Positions 53,133 through 61,482 of a stretch of 64,000 nt of DNA are shown here, piece after piece. The position numbers and the translations under genes are program-made. The stretch is from Candidatus Atabeyarchaeum deiterrae (GTDB taxonomy: Archaea > Asgardarchaeota > Atabeyarchaeia > Atabeyarchaeales > Atabeyarchaeaceae). Under the pieces are notes generated by a model, which saw nothing but the letters and a program-made list of their open reading frames with translations, ran no database searches and was not told the origin of the DNA. Where the stretch lies: NCBI GenBank assembly GCA_037310415.1, contig CP147780.1, positions 512,001 through 576,000 of the forward strand. Reading direction: 5' to 3'. Positions within the stretch are counted from its first letter, which is position 1; each line of letters opens with the position of its first letter.

Positions 53133-53249
53133 TCTAAAGACCTCAAGTTGATATCACCTTTCCAGCATATTAATGCAATCCCCTAGCATCTTGCGGCGCC
53201 TACATATGTCTGTTCATTCATAGTGTTAGCTGCAATAGAGTTGATTGTA

Positions 53250-53867
53250 GTGGCAGACAAGGAGCGCATTGTAAGGAAGGGTTATGATGAGATAGCCCAA
53301 GGTTACCACATTACTAGAAGCAAATTTGATCATGGAAAGGAATTGATGGAATTTGTCGCTCTGCTACCTAAGAATGCCAAGGTCTTGGATGCAGGTTGCG
53401 GTGATGGAGTTCCTGTTGCTGCATTCTTGGTGGAATGTGGTTTTGATGTGACAGGGATTGATTTCTCCGAGGAAATGCTCAAGCTTGCAAGAAAGAATGT
53501 GCCAAAAGCTGCATTCATCAAACAGGATATGAGTAAACTGGATTTTGCAGTCAACTCCTTTGATGGCTTGACTGCTTTCTACTCCATCATTCACGTACCA
53601 AGAGAAAAGCACTTCTCGTTGTTTGAGAGTTTCCATAGAATATTGAAGCCTAAGGGAATAATGTTTGTCTGTATGGGTGCAGATGAATGGGAAGCAACTG
53701 ATGAGTATCTGGGGACAACAATGTTCTGGAGTCAATACAACCCTGAGAAATCTTTGCACCTTGTGAAAATTGCTGGTTTTGAAATAATCTCCGACCAGAT
53801 TCTGATTAGAGGTGGAGAAAAACACTACTGGATTATGGCCAAGAACAAGAAATATCATGAAACGTGA
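53250..53867 (+). CDS. Class I SAM-dependent methyltransferase
   Basis: VLDAGCGDG, GIDFSEEML, RILKPKG. Confidence 0.88.
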   Translation: MADKERIVRKGYDEIAQGYHITRSKFDHGKELMEFVALLPKNAKVLDAGCGDGVPVAAFLVECGFDVTGIDFSEEMLKLARKNVPKAAFIKQDMSKLDFAVNSFDGLTAFYSIIHVPREKHFSLFESFHRILKPKGIMFVCMGADEWEATDEYLGTTMFWSQYNPEKSLHLVKIAGFEIISDQILIRGGEKHYWIMAKNKKYHET

Positions 53868-54016
53868 AGTAGAGAACGCAACTTGACACTGAGCAAACTA
53901 CCACGCATAGACTGCGAATATCGTTTTCCGTCGCAGACGCGCTTATAGTGTCTTGGCCGAGTTCCCGTGAGTCTACTTGAACATGCTTGTTTCATTGGTA
54001 ACTTCTGTTTGAGTCT

Positions 54017-54105
54017 GGTCGCCAAAAAAAGGGGACTGTAGGTCTCTAAGCACACATGTTTGGGATCCTAGTTTTTTCTGTGTTCGCGAACTTGCGTTCT
54101 CACGT
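54017..54105 (+). repeat. Island hairpin repeat, copy 3
   Basis: GTCTCTAA (54042)...TAGTTTTTTC; GTTTG/CGAAC stem, centre 54074.5. Confidence 0.78.
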
Positions 54106-54205
54106 ACTCCTCTCTCTCCATTACCTCATTACCGACAGGGCAAACGGTCGGGGCGGCGTACCGTCGTTTTCTCTGTGAACTCTCCTTAAGAACAAGCACA
54201 AATCA

Positions 54206-55150
54206 TCATAGCCTGGATAGTAGCTCAAATGTGTTTTCTTTGAATATTCTTTCTTTTTCAAAATCAGAGAAATAGGCGCAAGAAACTAAACTCTCGACCG
54301 ACATTTTGGTTACAATCGCAGGAGCATAGGGAAAGTCACTACCGAACAGAATATGCATAGAATCAACAAACTCTCGGAGTCCGCACAAGGCAAACGTACT
54401 GGTTGACAAAGCAGTGTCATAATAAAGCTGCCGAAAATGAGATACTGCTCCTTTCGGGGCCGTTCTTCCACTATTGGGTATAGTAAGACCGGTTAAATCA
54501 ATCCGGAACGCAAGAAAGGGAATCGTCCCCCCGGCATGTGAAAGTATGAACTTAATATTGGGAAATCTTTTCAATGTACCCGAATAAACTAAATTCGTAG
54601 CTGCCCGAGTGGTGTCGAAAGGAAATTCCAACATGGGCACGGGATAAGTGAAATTGGTCTGCGTTTGGCTTGGACTTGTCGGGTGGATAAACACTACCGC
54701 CTTTCGGCGATTCAGTTCTGCCATCAATTCATCGAATCGAGAATCTCCAAGGTACACTCCGCTATAATTTGTGAGCAACGCAACGCCATCCAACTCGAGT
54801 TCATCGAGTGCGCGATTCGTTTCAGAAAGCGATTCTGAGAGATATGGGAGAGGGATTGTCGCAAACGCTCCAAAACGATCTGGGTGATCTGCCACGATAC
54901 GCTCCATTTCGTTATTTACCATTTCTGCAAGGTGGACGGCAAAATCTCTGTCTCCAAAATCAACGCTGGGGCTCGAAAGAGAAAGAAAGGCCTTTCCGAT
55001 GTGGTTGCGGTCCATCACATTCAAGGATAACTCTGGATTCCACTGGGGAAAAACCACGCCATCTCCTCCTTTTATGGCGCGTCCGGCCAGTTCGTGGATA
55101 TAATCAGAGGGTAAAATATGGTGGTGCACGTCGTATATTTGCTGTGGAAT
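54206..55150 (-). CDS. Amidohydrolase-2 family decarboxylase (ACMSD/6-methylsalicylate decarboxylase-like; start extended to ATT at 55150)
   Basis: YDVHHH, FIHP, SHAGG..PF, YYDTA, FGSDFP. Confidence 0.88.
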   Translation of the reverse strand: MPQQIYDVHHHILPSDYIHELAGRAIKGGDGVVFPQWNPELSLNVMDRNHIGKAFLSLSSPSVDFGDRDFAVHLAEMVNNEMERIVADHPDRFGAFATIPLPYLSESLSETNRALDELELDGVALLTNYSGVYLGDSRFDELMAELNRRKAVVFIHPTSPSQTQTNFTYPVPMLEFPFDTTRAATNLVYSGTLKRFPNIKFILSHAGGTIPFLAFRIDLTGLTIPNSGRTAPKGAVSHFRQLYYDTALSTSTFALCGLREFVDSMHILFGSDFPYAPAIVTKMSVESLVSCAYFSDFEKERIFKENTFELLSRL

Positions 55151-55406
55151 ACTCCTTCACTCTCCCGAGTCGAACGATATTACTGATGCTTTAACGCTAT
55201 CGGGAATGTAGATTTGATTCCGAATACCGTTAGGTGCAGCAATTTTGACTAATTTTCATAATATCCGCGCTTCAGATTAACCTAGCGGTATAAGTATGAG
55301 TTCGTGCCCTTTCCAATCCTCCACACATTCAAGCGGAAACAAAAGCTTGGAAGAAGAAGAGTCAATTTCAATAGACTCATTCTGACGGAAATTCTTATTT
55401 GGCATT

Positions 55407-55500
55407 GGTCGCCGAAAAAGAAGGCTGTAGGTCTGTAAGAACACAGACTTCCGCTTCTAGTCTTTTCGATAAGCGAGACTAATCAAGACCACACCTATGG
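55407..55500 (+). repeat. Island hairpin repeat, copy 4
   Basis: CTGTAGGTCTG pairs with CACACCTATGG; inner CGCTT/AAGCG, centre 55463.5. Confidence 0.78.
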
Positions 55501-55620
55501 TGGGCGAATGGCGATGATAACTGAACGCTCGGCTTCCCTGAATGCCTCGATCTCATGGCCGACGAAGGCTCAGAAAAAGATAAAAACTGTTTCAACCCCA
55601 GTATGAATCACGAATTGTGT

Positions 55621-55772
55621 GCCCTGGTGGTGCAAGCCTTCTCCGAAGGTCCGAAGAAGACCACGAAGCGGCTAACATTTGGGTCTGTCACACCCAAGAC
55701 GCGGGTTCGAGAAAGATCACCGCAATGCCTGCTGACGGCATACGATGATTTTATAAAATCCCGCCCAGGGCG
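55621..55772 (+). tRNA. tRNA-Asp(GUC) with two non-canonical introns (D arm ~55634-55665; T loop ~55712-55758)
   Basis: Acceptor GCCCTGG/CCAGGGC plus discriminator G, anticodon arm TGGGT-CTGTCAC-ACCCA, T stem GCGGG/CCCGC; exact junctions uncertain. Confidence 0.8.
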
Positions 55773-55880
55773 CTCCCTCCTTCTCTGGCTGTGGCTCTAA
55801 GCAAGCATCCTACGGATGAGTGGATAGAAGAGAGTGAAAACTGCGGTTAGAGGAATTGTCTTCTTCTCTTAGAGAAGGGC

Positions 55881-56849
55881 TCATCCTTCTTGCTGCTCAT
55901 TTCTTCCTCGGGATCTTGCTCTTGCCCAGTAGACTTTTGTCCAGTATCCCCGCTCTGGAACAGTGATACCAAGTTTCTTGCATTTTCTGCCCGTGGACTT
56001 GGTGTGTGAAACGTGGTATTTGACTGCGATTTGCCTCAATGGCATTTCCTGAACTAGTTTCTCCAAATCCTCCTTTGTGATTTTTCTCCATTCACGTTGA
56101 AGCATATTTCTTTTCCGAACCTGTTCAATCGTGCAATCCTCTTTAGCCCTCGACAACAATTCTTCTTGTTCGCAGGGGGACCAACGTTTTCTAGGCATAC
56201 TATTCGCGTAGTTCTTCATCATCTTGTTAAATAGTTCCGGACCCAGACACATCATGTAGTTGGTTCCATTTAGCTTTCTGCCGTAGATTTCTTTTTGGCG
56301 TTTGTCCACGTAGATCTTGTAGGGGAGATCGAATCTTTTCTTGACTTGTCCTAAGAAACGCTCGCTGCCTGATGAGATCATCGTCGTGTTTCGTCTTCCG
56401 TCGCCATCAAAGTATCCTAGGAGGAATGCGAGTTCTAGACTAGTGCGGGGTAGCTTGGGATACTCGATGGTTTTTGATTTTCTGAATTTAAGACCGTGTC
56501 TGATCAGGTCGTTGCCCACCTCCATACAGGTGAACCTGATCATTGCTTGCCTGTGTCCTGCCTCATCGGTCGGGTATTCCTTCTTGCTTTTATTGAGCTG
56601 TAGGGCATCGCAGAACTTGTCGATGGTGTCTTCGTCTCTTATTTTGAGCTTTAGCCGGATTTCTGCCCTATTTGGGTATTCCACTAGGTAGCCGTCAGCG
56701 TAGAGGAATCCGAGCCAGTATGCTTTCTCTTTGGTGTTGATTGTCTCGAAGAAGTTGATCTTTAGATTCGAATGTACTGTATGTGCCGCCCACACTTTGT
56801 ACCAATGCGCCGTTGAGGCGTTTCTATGAGGTTGTCTGAGCGTCTTCAT
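55881..56849 (-). CDS. Free-standing double-motif LAGLIDADG endonuclease with C-terminal HTH-like tail
   Basis: AYWLGFLYADG and LAFLLGYFDGDG; no intein splice motifs. Confidence 0.8.
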   Translation of the reverse strand: MKTLRQPHRNASTAHWYKVWAAHTVHSNLKINFFETINTKEKAYWLGFLYADGYLVEYPNRAEIRLKLKIRDEDTIDKFCDALQLNKSKKEYPTDEAGHRQAMIRFTCMEVGNDLIRHGLKFRKSKTIEYPKLPRTSLELAFLLGYFDGDGRRNTTMISSGSERFLGQVKKRFDLPYKIYVDKRQKEIYGRKLNGTNYMMCLGPELFNKMMKNYANSMPRKRWSPCEQEELLSRAKEDCTIEQVRKRNMLQREWRKITKEDLEKLVQEMPLRQIAVKYHVSHTKSTGRKCKKLGITVPERGYWTKVYWARARSRGRNEQQEG

Positions 56850-57170
56850 GTTGCAGCTGCACTCCTTCGCTTCGGGGTTCTTTCTATTATCCTATCCCTA
56901 GAAGCCGTTTGCGGCGGTTACGCGTGGGTGATTTGTCTGCTACAATGGAGTCGTTGCGGTTCCTATTTCAAGTCAACATTTGGTGTCTGGCTGGATTGTT
57001 GCTGGGATCCTCGCGCGGTCTTCATTGGGGCATGTTCACGGTGAGATCCTATATGAGGCGGAGGCGGTGGTGTAAGAAGTGGGGTTTTCAGCATCCTTTT
57101 GCACTGTAGGTGGCTTAGAAGGAGGGACGTAACATGAGAGAAGTTGGTAGATGGGAATTATGTGTGGTTG

Positions 57171-57275
57171 TGGCGGGCCCGGAGGGAATTGAACCCTCGA
57201 CCACCAGCTGGCTCCCCTGACGGGAAGAAGCAAGGTTAGGGGGCTGGCGCCCTATCCTGACTAGGCCACGGGCCC
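57171..57275 (-). tRNA. tRNA-Arg(CCU) with a canonical 27-nt intron (57210-57236); C at position 33; CCA encoded
   Basis: GGGCCCG acceptor, CCAGC-CCCCTA|A-GCTGG anticodon arm, GAGGG-TTCAATT-CCCTC T arm. Confidence 0.88.
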
Positions 57276-57366
57276 TATCCCTGTAATTGTGTCTTGCTTG
57301 AAGTAGAATCTGGTGACCTATGCATTTTAATTTTGTTTCTGAGGAAGTTGATCGATATGGGACAAC

Positions 57367-59067
57367 TCATTGTGAGATAAGAGCGTAGACCGTCGAGTCT
57401 TCTTTCATGGCTCGAAGCAGTTTCTCCCCGGTCGGTGTATTCTTTCTCAGACTTATCGATCCTTCGTTGTCTGTGCTAGCAAAGAAGAGAGGCCGGTCAT
57501 CCGCATAGAACTTCAGCCTCTTGTTTGAGAAAACAGGGTCGACTGTCATGATGATCCATTTACTTGAGAATCTTACCCGTGTGGGTATCTTGTATCCTTC
57601 TGCGATCCCTGCTATCATTCCATCAGCAGAGTCTCCTCCAACCCCTCTGGCGTGTTCAATTTGCCTGGGTGCCATTCTCCTGCTTGCGCTTCCTTCGCGT
57701 TCTCTCACTTGAAGTGGAACGACTATTACTTGATCGCTGAATGTGTAGATCTCGTATTCTATACTATTGCTGAGGAAGTCTCTCACTTCGACGACTGGTC
57801 TGGCTAAGTCAGCCTCCCTCATACCTGCTGGGACTCGCACCCTGAGCTGGAGACTGTAGACCTTCTTGATTTCGCCGTCTTTTACGAATATGGCGGTATC
57901 AATAACTTGACATAATTGTCCCAAACTCACCCTGTTCATTATTCTTTGTATTGCATCAATGGCGCTTGATGAGTGGACGACGCCAACCATACCGACGCCA
58001 GCCAATCTTAGATCCACGTAGATCTTGAAGTCTTCGTCGCCTCTGAGTTCATCATAGATACAGTAATCAGGTCTAACTAGAAGTAGCATGTTTGCAGTTT
58101 TCTCTACTCTACCATCTAGAGCTGTGTATTGCGTCACTTCTGGAGGAACCTGAAGGTCACGAGGCTTTTCGATTGTCTTCACTATCTTTCCTTTGCTCCA
58201 GTAGAATTCCGCTAATGCGCTTGCAAATGTTGTCTTACCTGCTCCCGGTGGCCCGGCTACTAGCACACCTTCTGCTCGTTTCTCCAATCGATTCTTGAGC
58301 TGCTCAGGTAAAGCGTAATCACTGAAGCTGACTTTTAGCAGCGGTCGAACACCTGTGATCTCCAAGCCGTCTGAAAACGGTGGTCTCGCTATCGCAATCC
58401 GGTATTGACCTAACTGCACTACGGTGGCACCAGGTTCGTCTATCTCAAGGAAGCAGTCGGGCGCTGAACGAGCTCTGTCGACCGATGATAGAGCAATTTC
58501 TTCTAGCTGCTGTCTTGTCATTGGTTCTTTCGATATCTCAGTGAGTTTCCAGTTGCCTGGTCTACCTCTCTTTGCTAGAGGCAGAGCGTTCTCTTTCAGG
58601 TGAACTGACATTGTGTCGGTTGTGAAATAGTCTTCGATCAGAAACTTGGTAGGGCATCTTGGCGCGATGTATCGAGTAGGTACTCCTTCAACTTCCGCAA
58701 TTGATGCTTGGATTGAGTCACTTGTTAGCAACGTCGCGTTATTTACTCGCGCCTGATTGCGGATCATCTCATCAAGTTCGCCGCCTCCGCTCAGTCTGAT
58801 CTGGTCGAGTGTGGGCCTCTCACCTACAAAGAGTAGGTTGATTTTTCCCTTGCTTGAGAGTATCCTCAGTTTCTTGAGCTCCTCTAGGCCAACTTGACCA
58901 GAGGTTTTCCCCACGTTGGATTGGTATTCGATCTCCGCGAGTACGGTTTTTGGTATGGCGATATCTATGGGTGAAGTGAGGTTCTCACCTAGCTCTCCAT
59001 TTTCTATCAGATCTGAAAGCATTCCGTTAATGACAATTGAAGTGTCAACTACGAATTTCGCACTCAT
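57367..59067 (-). CDS. PINA (PIN domain plus P-loop ATPase; Holliday-junction branch migration family)
   Basis: VVDTS, GPPGAGKTT, LLVRPDY..YDE, DLRLAGVGMVGVVH. Confidence 0.9.
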   Translation of the reverse strand: MSAKFVVDTSIVINGMLSDLIENGELGENLTSPIDIAIPKTVLAEIEYQSNVGKTSGQVGLEELKKLRILSSKGKINLLFVGERPTLDQIRLSGGGELDEMIRNQARVNNATLLTSDSIQASIAEVEGVPTRYIAPRCPTKFLIEDYFTTDTMSVHLKENALPLAKRGRPGNWKLTEISKEPMTRQQLEEIALSSVDRARSAPDCFLEIDEPGATVVQLGQYRIAIARPPFSDGLEITGVRPLLKVSFSDYALPEQLKNRLEKRAEGVLVAGPPGAGKTTFASALAEFYWSKGKIVKTIEKPRDLQVPPEVTQYTALDGRVEKTANMLLLVRPDYCIYDELRGDEDFKIYVDLRLAGVGMVGVVHSSSAIDAIQRIMNRVSLGQLCQVIDTAIFVKDGEIKKVYSLQLRVRVPAGMREADLARPVVEVRDFLSNSIEYEIYTFSDQVIVVPLQVREREGSASRRMAPRQIEHARGVGGDSADGMIAGIAEGYKIPTRVRFSSKWIIMTVDPVFSNKRLKFYADDRPLFFASTDNEGSISLRKNTPTGEKLLRAMKEDSTVYALISQ

Positions 59068-59288
59068 TATTGACCTCCCCGTAAATTAAGGACTTTGGCG
59101 TTATCATAATGTAGTTAGTGGTTTCAAGTAAAGGAGTTGTCTGGTATGATGGCTTAGAAGAGAGAAAACGCTTATTTCAATTGTGCTGAGAATTGATCAT
59201 TAGACAAGTGGAAGAGCTTCCGGTCTCCTGTCACCTCACTCTTATGGTGGGTAGAAACACTGGTGTTTACAGCTGGGTGATGGTTTTC

Positions 59289-60668
59289 ATGAAAAACAAT
59301 AGTTACCGTGAAGAAAAGAAGAATGTTACATTAAAGACGCCGATAGGCACGAGGGACTTCCTGCCTGAGGACATGATCGCTAGGGAGTATGTGACAGGTA
59401 TCATTAAGGGTGTTTTCGAGGGATATGGCTACGACCCAATGGAAACTCCTGCCCTTGAGTTTAGCGAGGTGTTGAAGGGGAAGTACGGTGAGGAGGAGAA
59501 GCTGATCTATGAGTTCAAGGACAAGGGCGGACGAGATCTTGCCCTGAGATATGATCTAACAGTGCCCATGTCGAGGGTCATTGCGGCGAACCCTCAATTG
59601 CCCAAACCGTTTAAGAGGTATCAGATCTCGAGGGTTTGGCGATACGACAATCCTCAGAGGGGTAGGTATAGGGAGTTTTGGCAATGTGACGTCGATATCG
59701 TTGGTTCAAAAAGTATGTTAGCTGATGCCGAACTCGTGATACTTGCCGTTGACGTGTTTAGAGCTTTGGGATTCAGAGATTTCCGAATCAAGATTAACAA
59801 TAGGAAGATCTTGAATGCCATGTGCAGCTACGCTGGTATCGAAGAAGGCAGGAAAGTTGAAGCTTTGAGAGGCTTGGATAAAATCGACAAGATTGGTGTC
59901 AAAGGTTTTGCGGAGAATTTGAAGGAGAAGGGGTTCTCGCCTGATTGCGTTGGGAAGGTGCTTGAATTCATTCAGATGAGTGGAAAGGCAAATGATATAT
60001 TGAGCGTCGCATCGGAGAGATTGTCGGGTTACGAACAAGGAGTGGAGGGAGTAGAAGAGCTCAGGGAGATCATTCGCATTTTAAGAGAACTGGGAATAGA
60101 TGAAGAGTCGTATGTGATAGATCTTAGTCTGGCAAGAGGGTTAGATTATTACACGGGACCAATTTACGAGATAGCAATTACCAATCCGAAGATCGGTAGT
60201 CTGTCAGGAGGAGGTAGATACGACAAGTTGATTGGTAGTTTCGCCGGCATGGACGTTCCGGCGACAGGCATATCACTTGGCCTCGAGAGAATTATCGATG
60301 TGATGAAAGAGCTTGGGATGACCTCTCTTCCGAAGACCAAGACTTTGGTTCTTGTGTCTTCAATCGATGAGAAAACAGGCTTGGATGCTTTGAGAATAGC
60401 TCAAAGACTCCGGCTTGCAGGAATTGCGGTTCGCACTGATGTTATGGGAGAAAGGAAGATAACGAGGCAGCTGAAGTATGCGGACTCTCTTGGCATTCCA
60501 TACGCAATCATCATAGGACCTCGTGAAATGGAGAAGGGTACATTGAAGCTGAAGATGATGAACAAGAGAGAAGAGAAAGAAATGAAGATCGACCAAATAA
60601 TAGAGTTCTTGAGAGACCAGACACGAACCTGCTCCAAGAATAGCAGAGATGGAAAAGTGTTGCGTTAA
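59289..60668 (+). CDS. hisS: Histidyl-tRNA synthetase
   Basis: GTRDF, LRYDLT, GRYREF.QCD, RGLDYY, GGGRYD. Confidence 0.97.
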   Translation: MKNNSYREEKKNVTLKTPIGTRDFLPEDMIAREYVTGIIKGVFEGYGYDPMETPALEFSEVLKGKYGEEEKLIYEFKDKGGRDLALRYDLTVPMSRVIAANPQLPKPFKRYQISRVWRYDNPQRGRYREFWQCDVDIVGSKSMLADAELVILAVDVFRALGFRDFRIKINNRKILNAMCSYAGIEEGRKVEALRGLDKIDKIGVKGFAENLKEKGFSPDCVGKVLEFIQMSGKANDILSVASERLSGYEQGVEGVEELREIIRILRELGIDEESYVIDLSLARGLDYYTGPIYEIAITNPKIGSLSGGGRYDKLIGSFAGMDVPATGISLGLERIIDVMKELGMTSLPKTKTLVLVSSIDEKTGLDALRIAQRLRLAGIAVRTDVMGERKITRQLKYADSLGIPYAIIIGPREMEKGTLKLKMMNKREEKEMKIDQIIEFLRDQTRTCSKNSRDGKVLR

Positions 60669-60759
60669 TGCTAACACTTATATAGCTATGCCGAGTTTAT
60701 TGCGAAACGTGAAATTCGGGTATAACGTCTTCTGATCGACCCCAAGGAGTGTAGTTCCC

Positions 60760-61179
60760 ATGGTTAAAGTTGGCGATTATAATATCCCAGATGAATTGAT
60801 GTACACCGAGGAGCATGAATATACACGGATTGAAGATGAGGAACTTGTGAAGATAGGAATAACTGATTATGCTCAGAAGTCTCTGAGGGACATTGTCTAT
60901 GTTGAGCTTCCCAAGAAAGGGACTGAAGTGACACAAGGATCTGAGTTTGGTTCGATAGAATCAGTCAAGGCCGTGTCCGAGATTTATGCGCCGATATCAG
61001 GTGTCATAGAAGAAGTGAACAGTGAACTTGAAAATTCTCCTGAACTTATCAACGAGGATCCTTATGGAGAGGGGTGGCTCGTAGTAATCAGAGCTTCGAA
61101 TCTAGAAGGGGACAAACCAAAATTGCTTGGCTCCAAGCAATATGCAAAGGTTGTCAAAGACGCAAGTGAAAAGAAATAG
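60760..61179 (+). CDS. gcvH: Glycine cleavage system H protein
   Basis: GITDYAQ, ESVKA lipoyl motif, INEDPYGEGW. Confidence 0.95.
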   Translation: MVKVGDYNIPDELMYTEEHEYTRIEDEELVKIGITDYAQKSLRDIVYVELPKKGTEVTQGSEFGSIESVKAVSEIYAPISGVIEEVNSELENSPELINEDPYGEGWLVVIRASNLEGDKPKLLGSKQYAKVVKDASEKK

Positions 61180-61252
61180 AGTCTTTGAAGATTCCGCTTA
61201 ACCCCTGTTTGTTTCGACTTAATCGAGTGCCTAACGAGGGTCTGACAACCTT

Positions 61253-61462
61253 TCATTTTTGTTTTTCTGGTGGCTCCGTCTTTTTGCTTCCGATTGATTC
61301 CGCTGTCTCCATTTTGTACTTTCTTCGGTATTCTCCGTACTTGTCTAATGGTGAGAATCTAGGCGGATAAGGCATAATCAGCTTCCCTTTGCAGTATGGG
61401 CAGGCATCTGTCTTGAGAGTATATTTACCGCATGCAACACATTTTCTCAGTAGCTTTGGCAA
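61253..61462 (-). CDS. nop10: H/ACA RNP protein Nop10
   Basis: YTLK..CP, PPRFSPLDKYGEYR. Confidence 0.95.
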   Translation of the reverse strand: MPKLLRKCVACGKYTLKTDACPYCKGKLIMPYPPRFSPLDKYGEYRRKYKMETAESIGSKKTEPPEKQK

Positions 61463-61482
61463 CTAACTCCCCCATGACCTTC

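Noticed and set aside
51008-55500. Island repeats as classical attC, dif/Xer sites or CRISPR repeats
   Set aside because: No conserved RYYYAAC/GTTRRRY boxes, no 11-6-11 TAA/TTA symmetry, kb-scale spacing, cargo genes in both orientations, and no intI or cas gene in the window.
55499-55570. Resemblance to the 23S rRNA 5' end (GAATGGC..TCGGCTT..GCCGACGAAGGC) or to a C/D box RNA
   Set aside because: Short interrupted matches with no continuation, and box spacing too short; likely chance or a local hairpin.
55555-55800. 81-aa ORF
   Set aside because: Overlaps tRNA-Asp; spurious.
49691-57181. 13-bp direct repeat TGTGGCGGGCCCG flanking the island as attL/attR
   Set aside because: Both copies are the 3' ends of complete tRNAs (Lys, Arg) that share an acceptor stem, so tRNA homology explains them.
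57036-57233. 65-aa ORF
   Set aside because: Overlaps tRNA-Arg; spurious.
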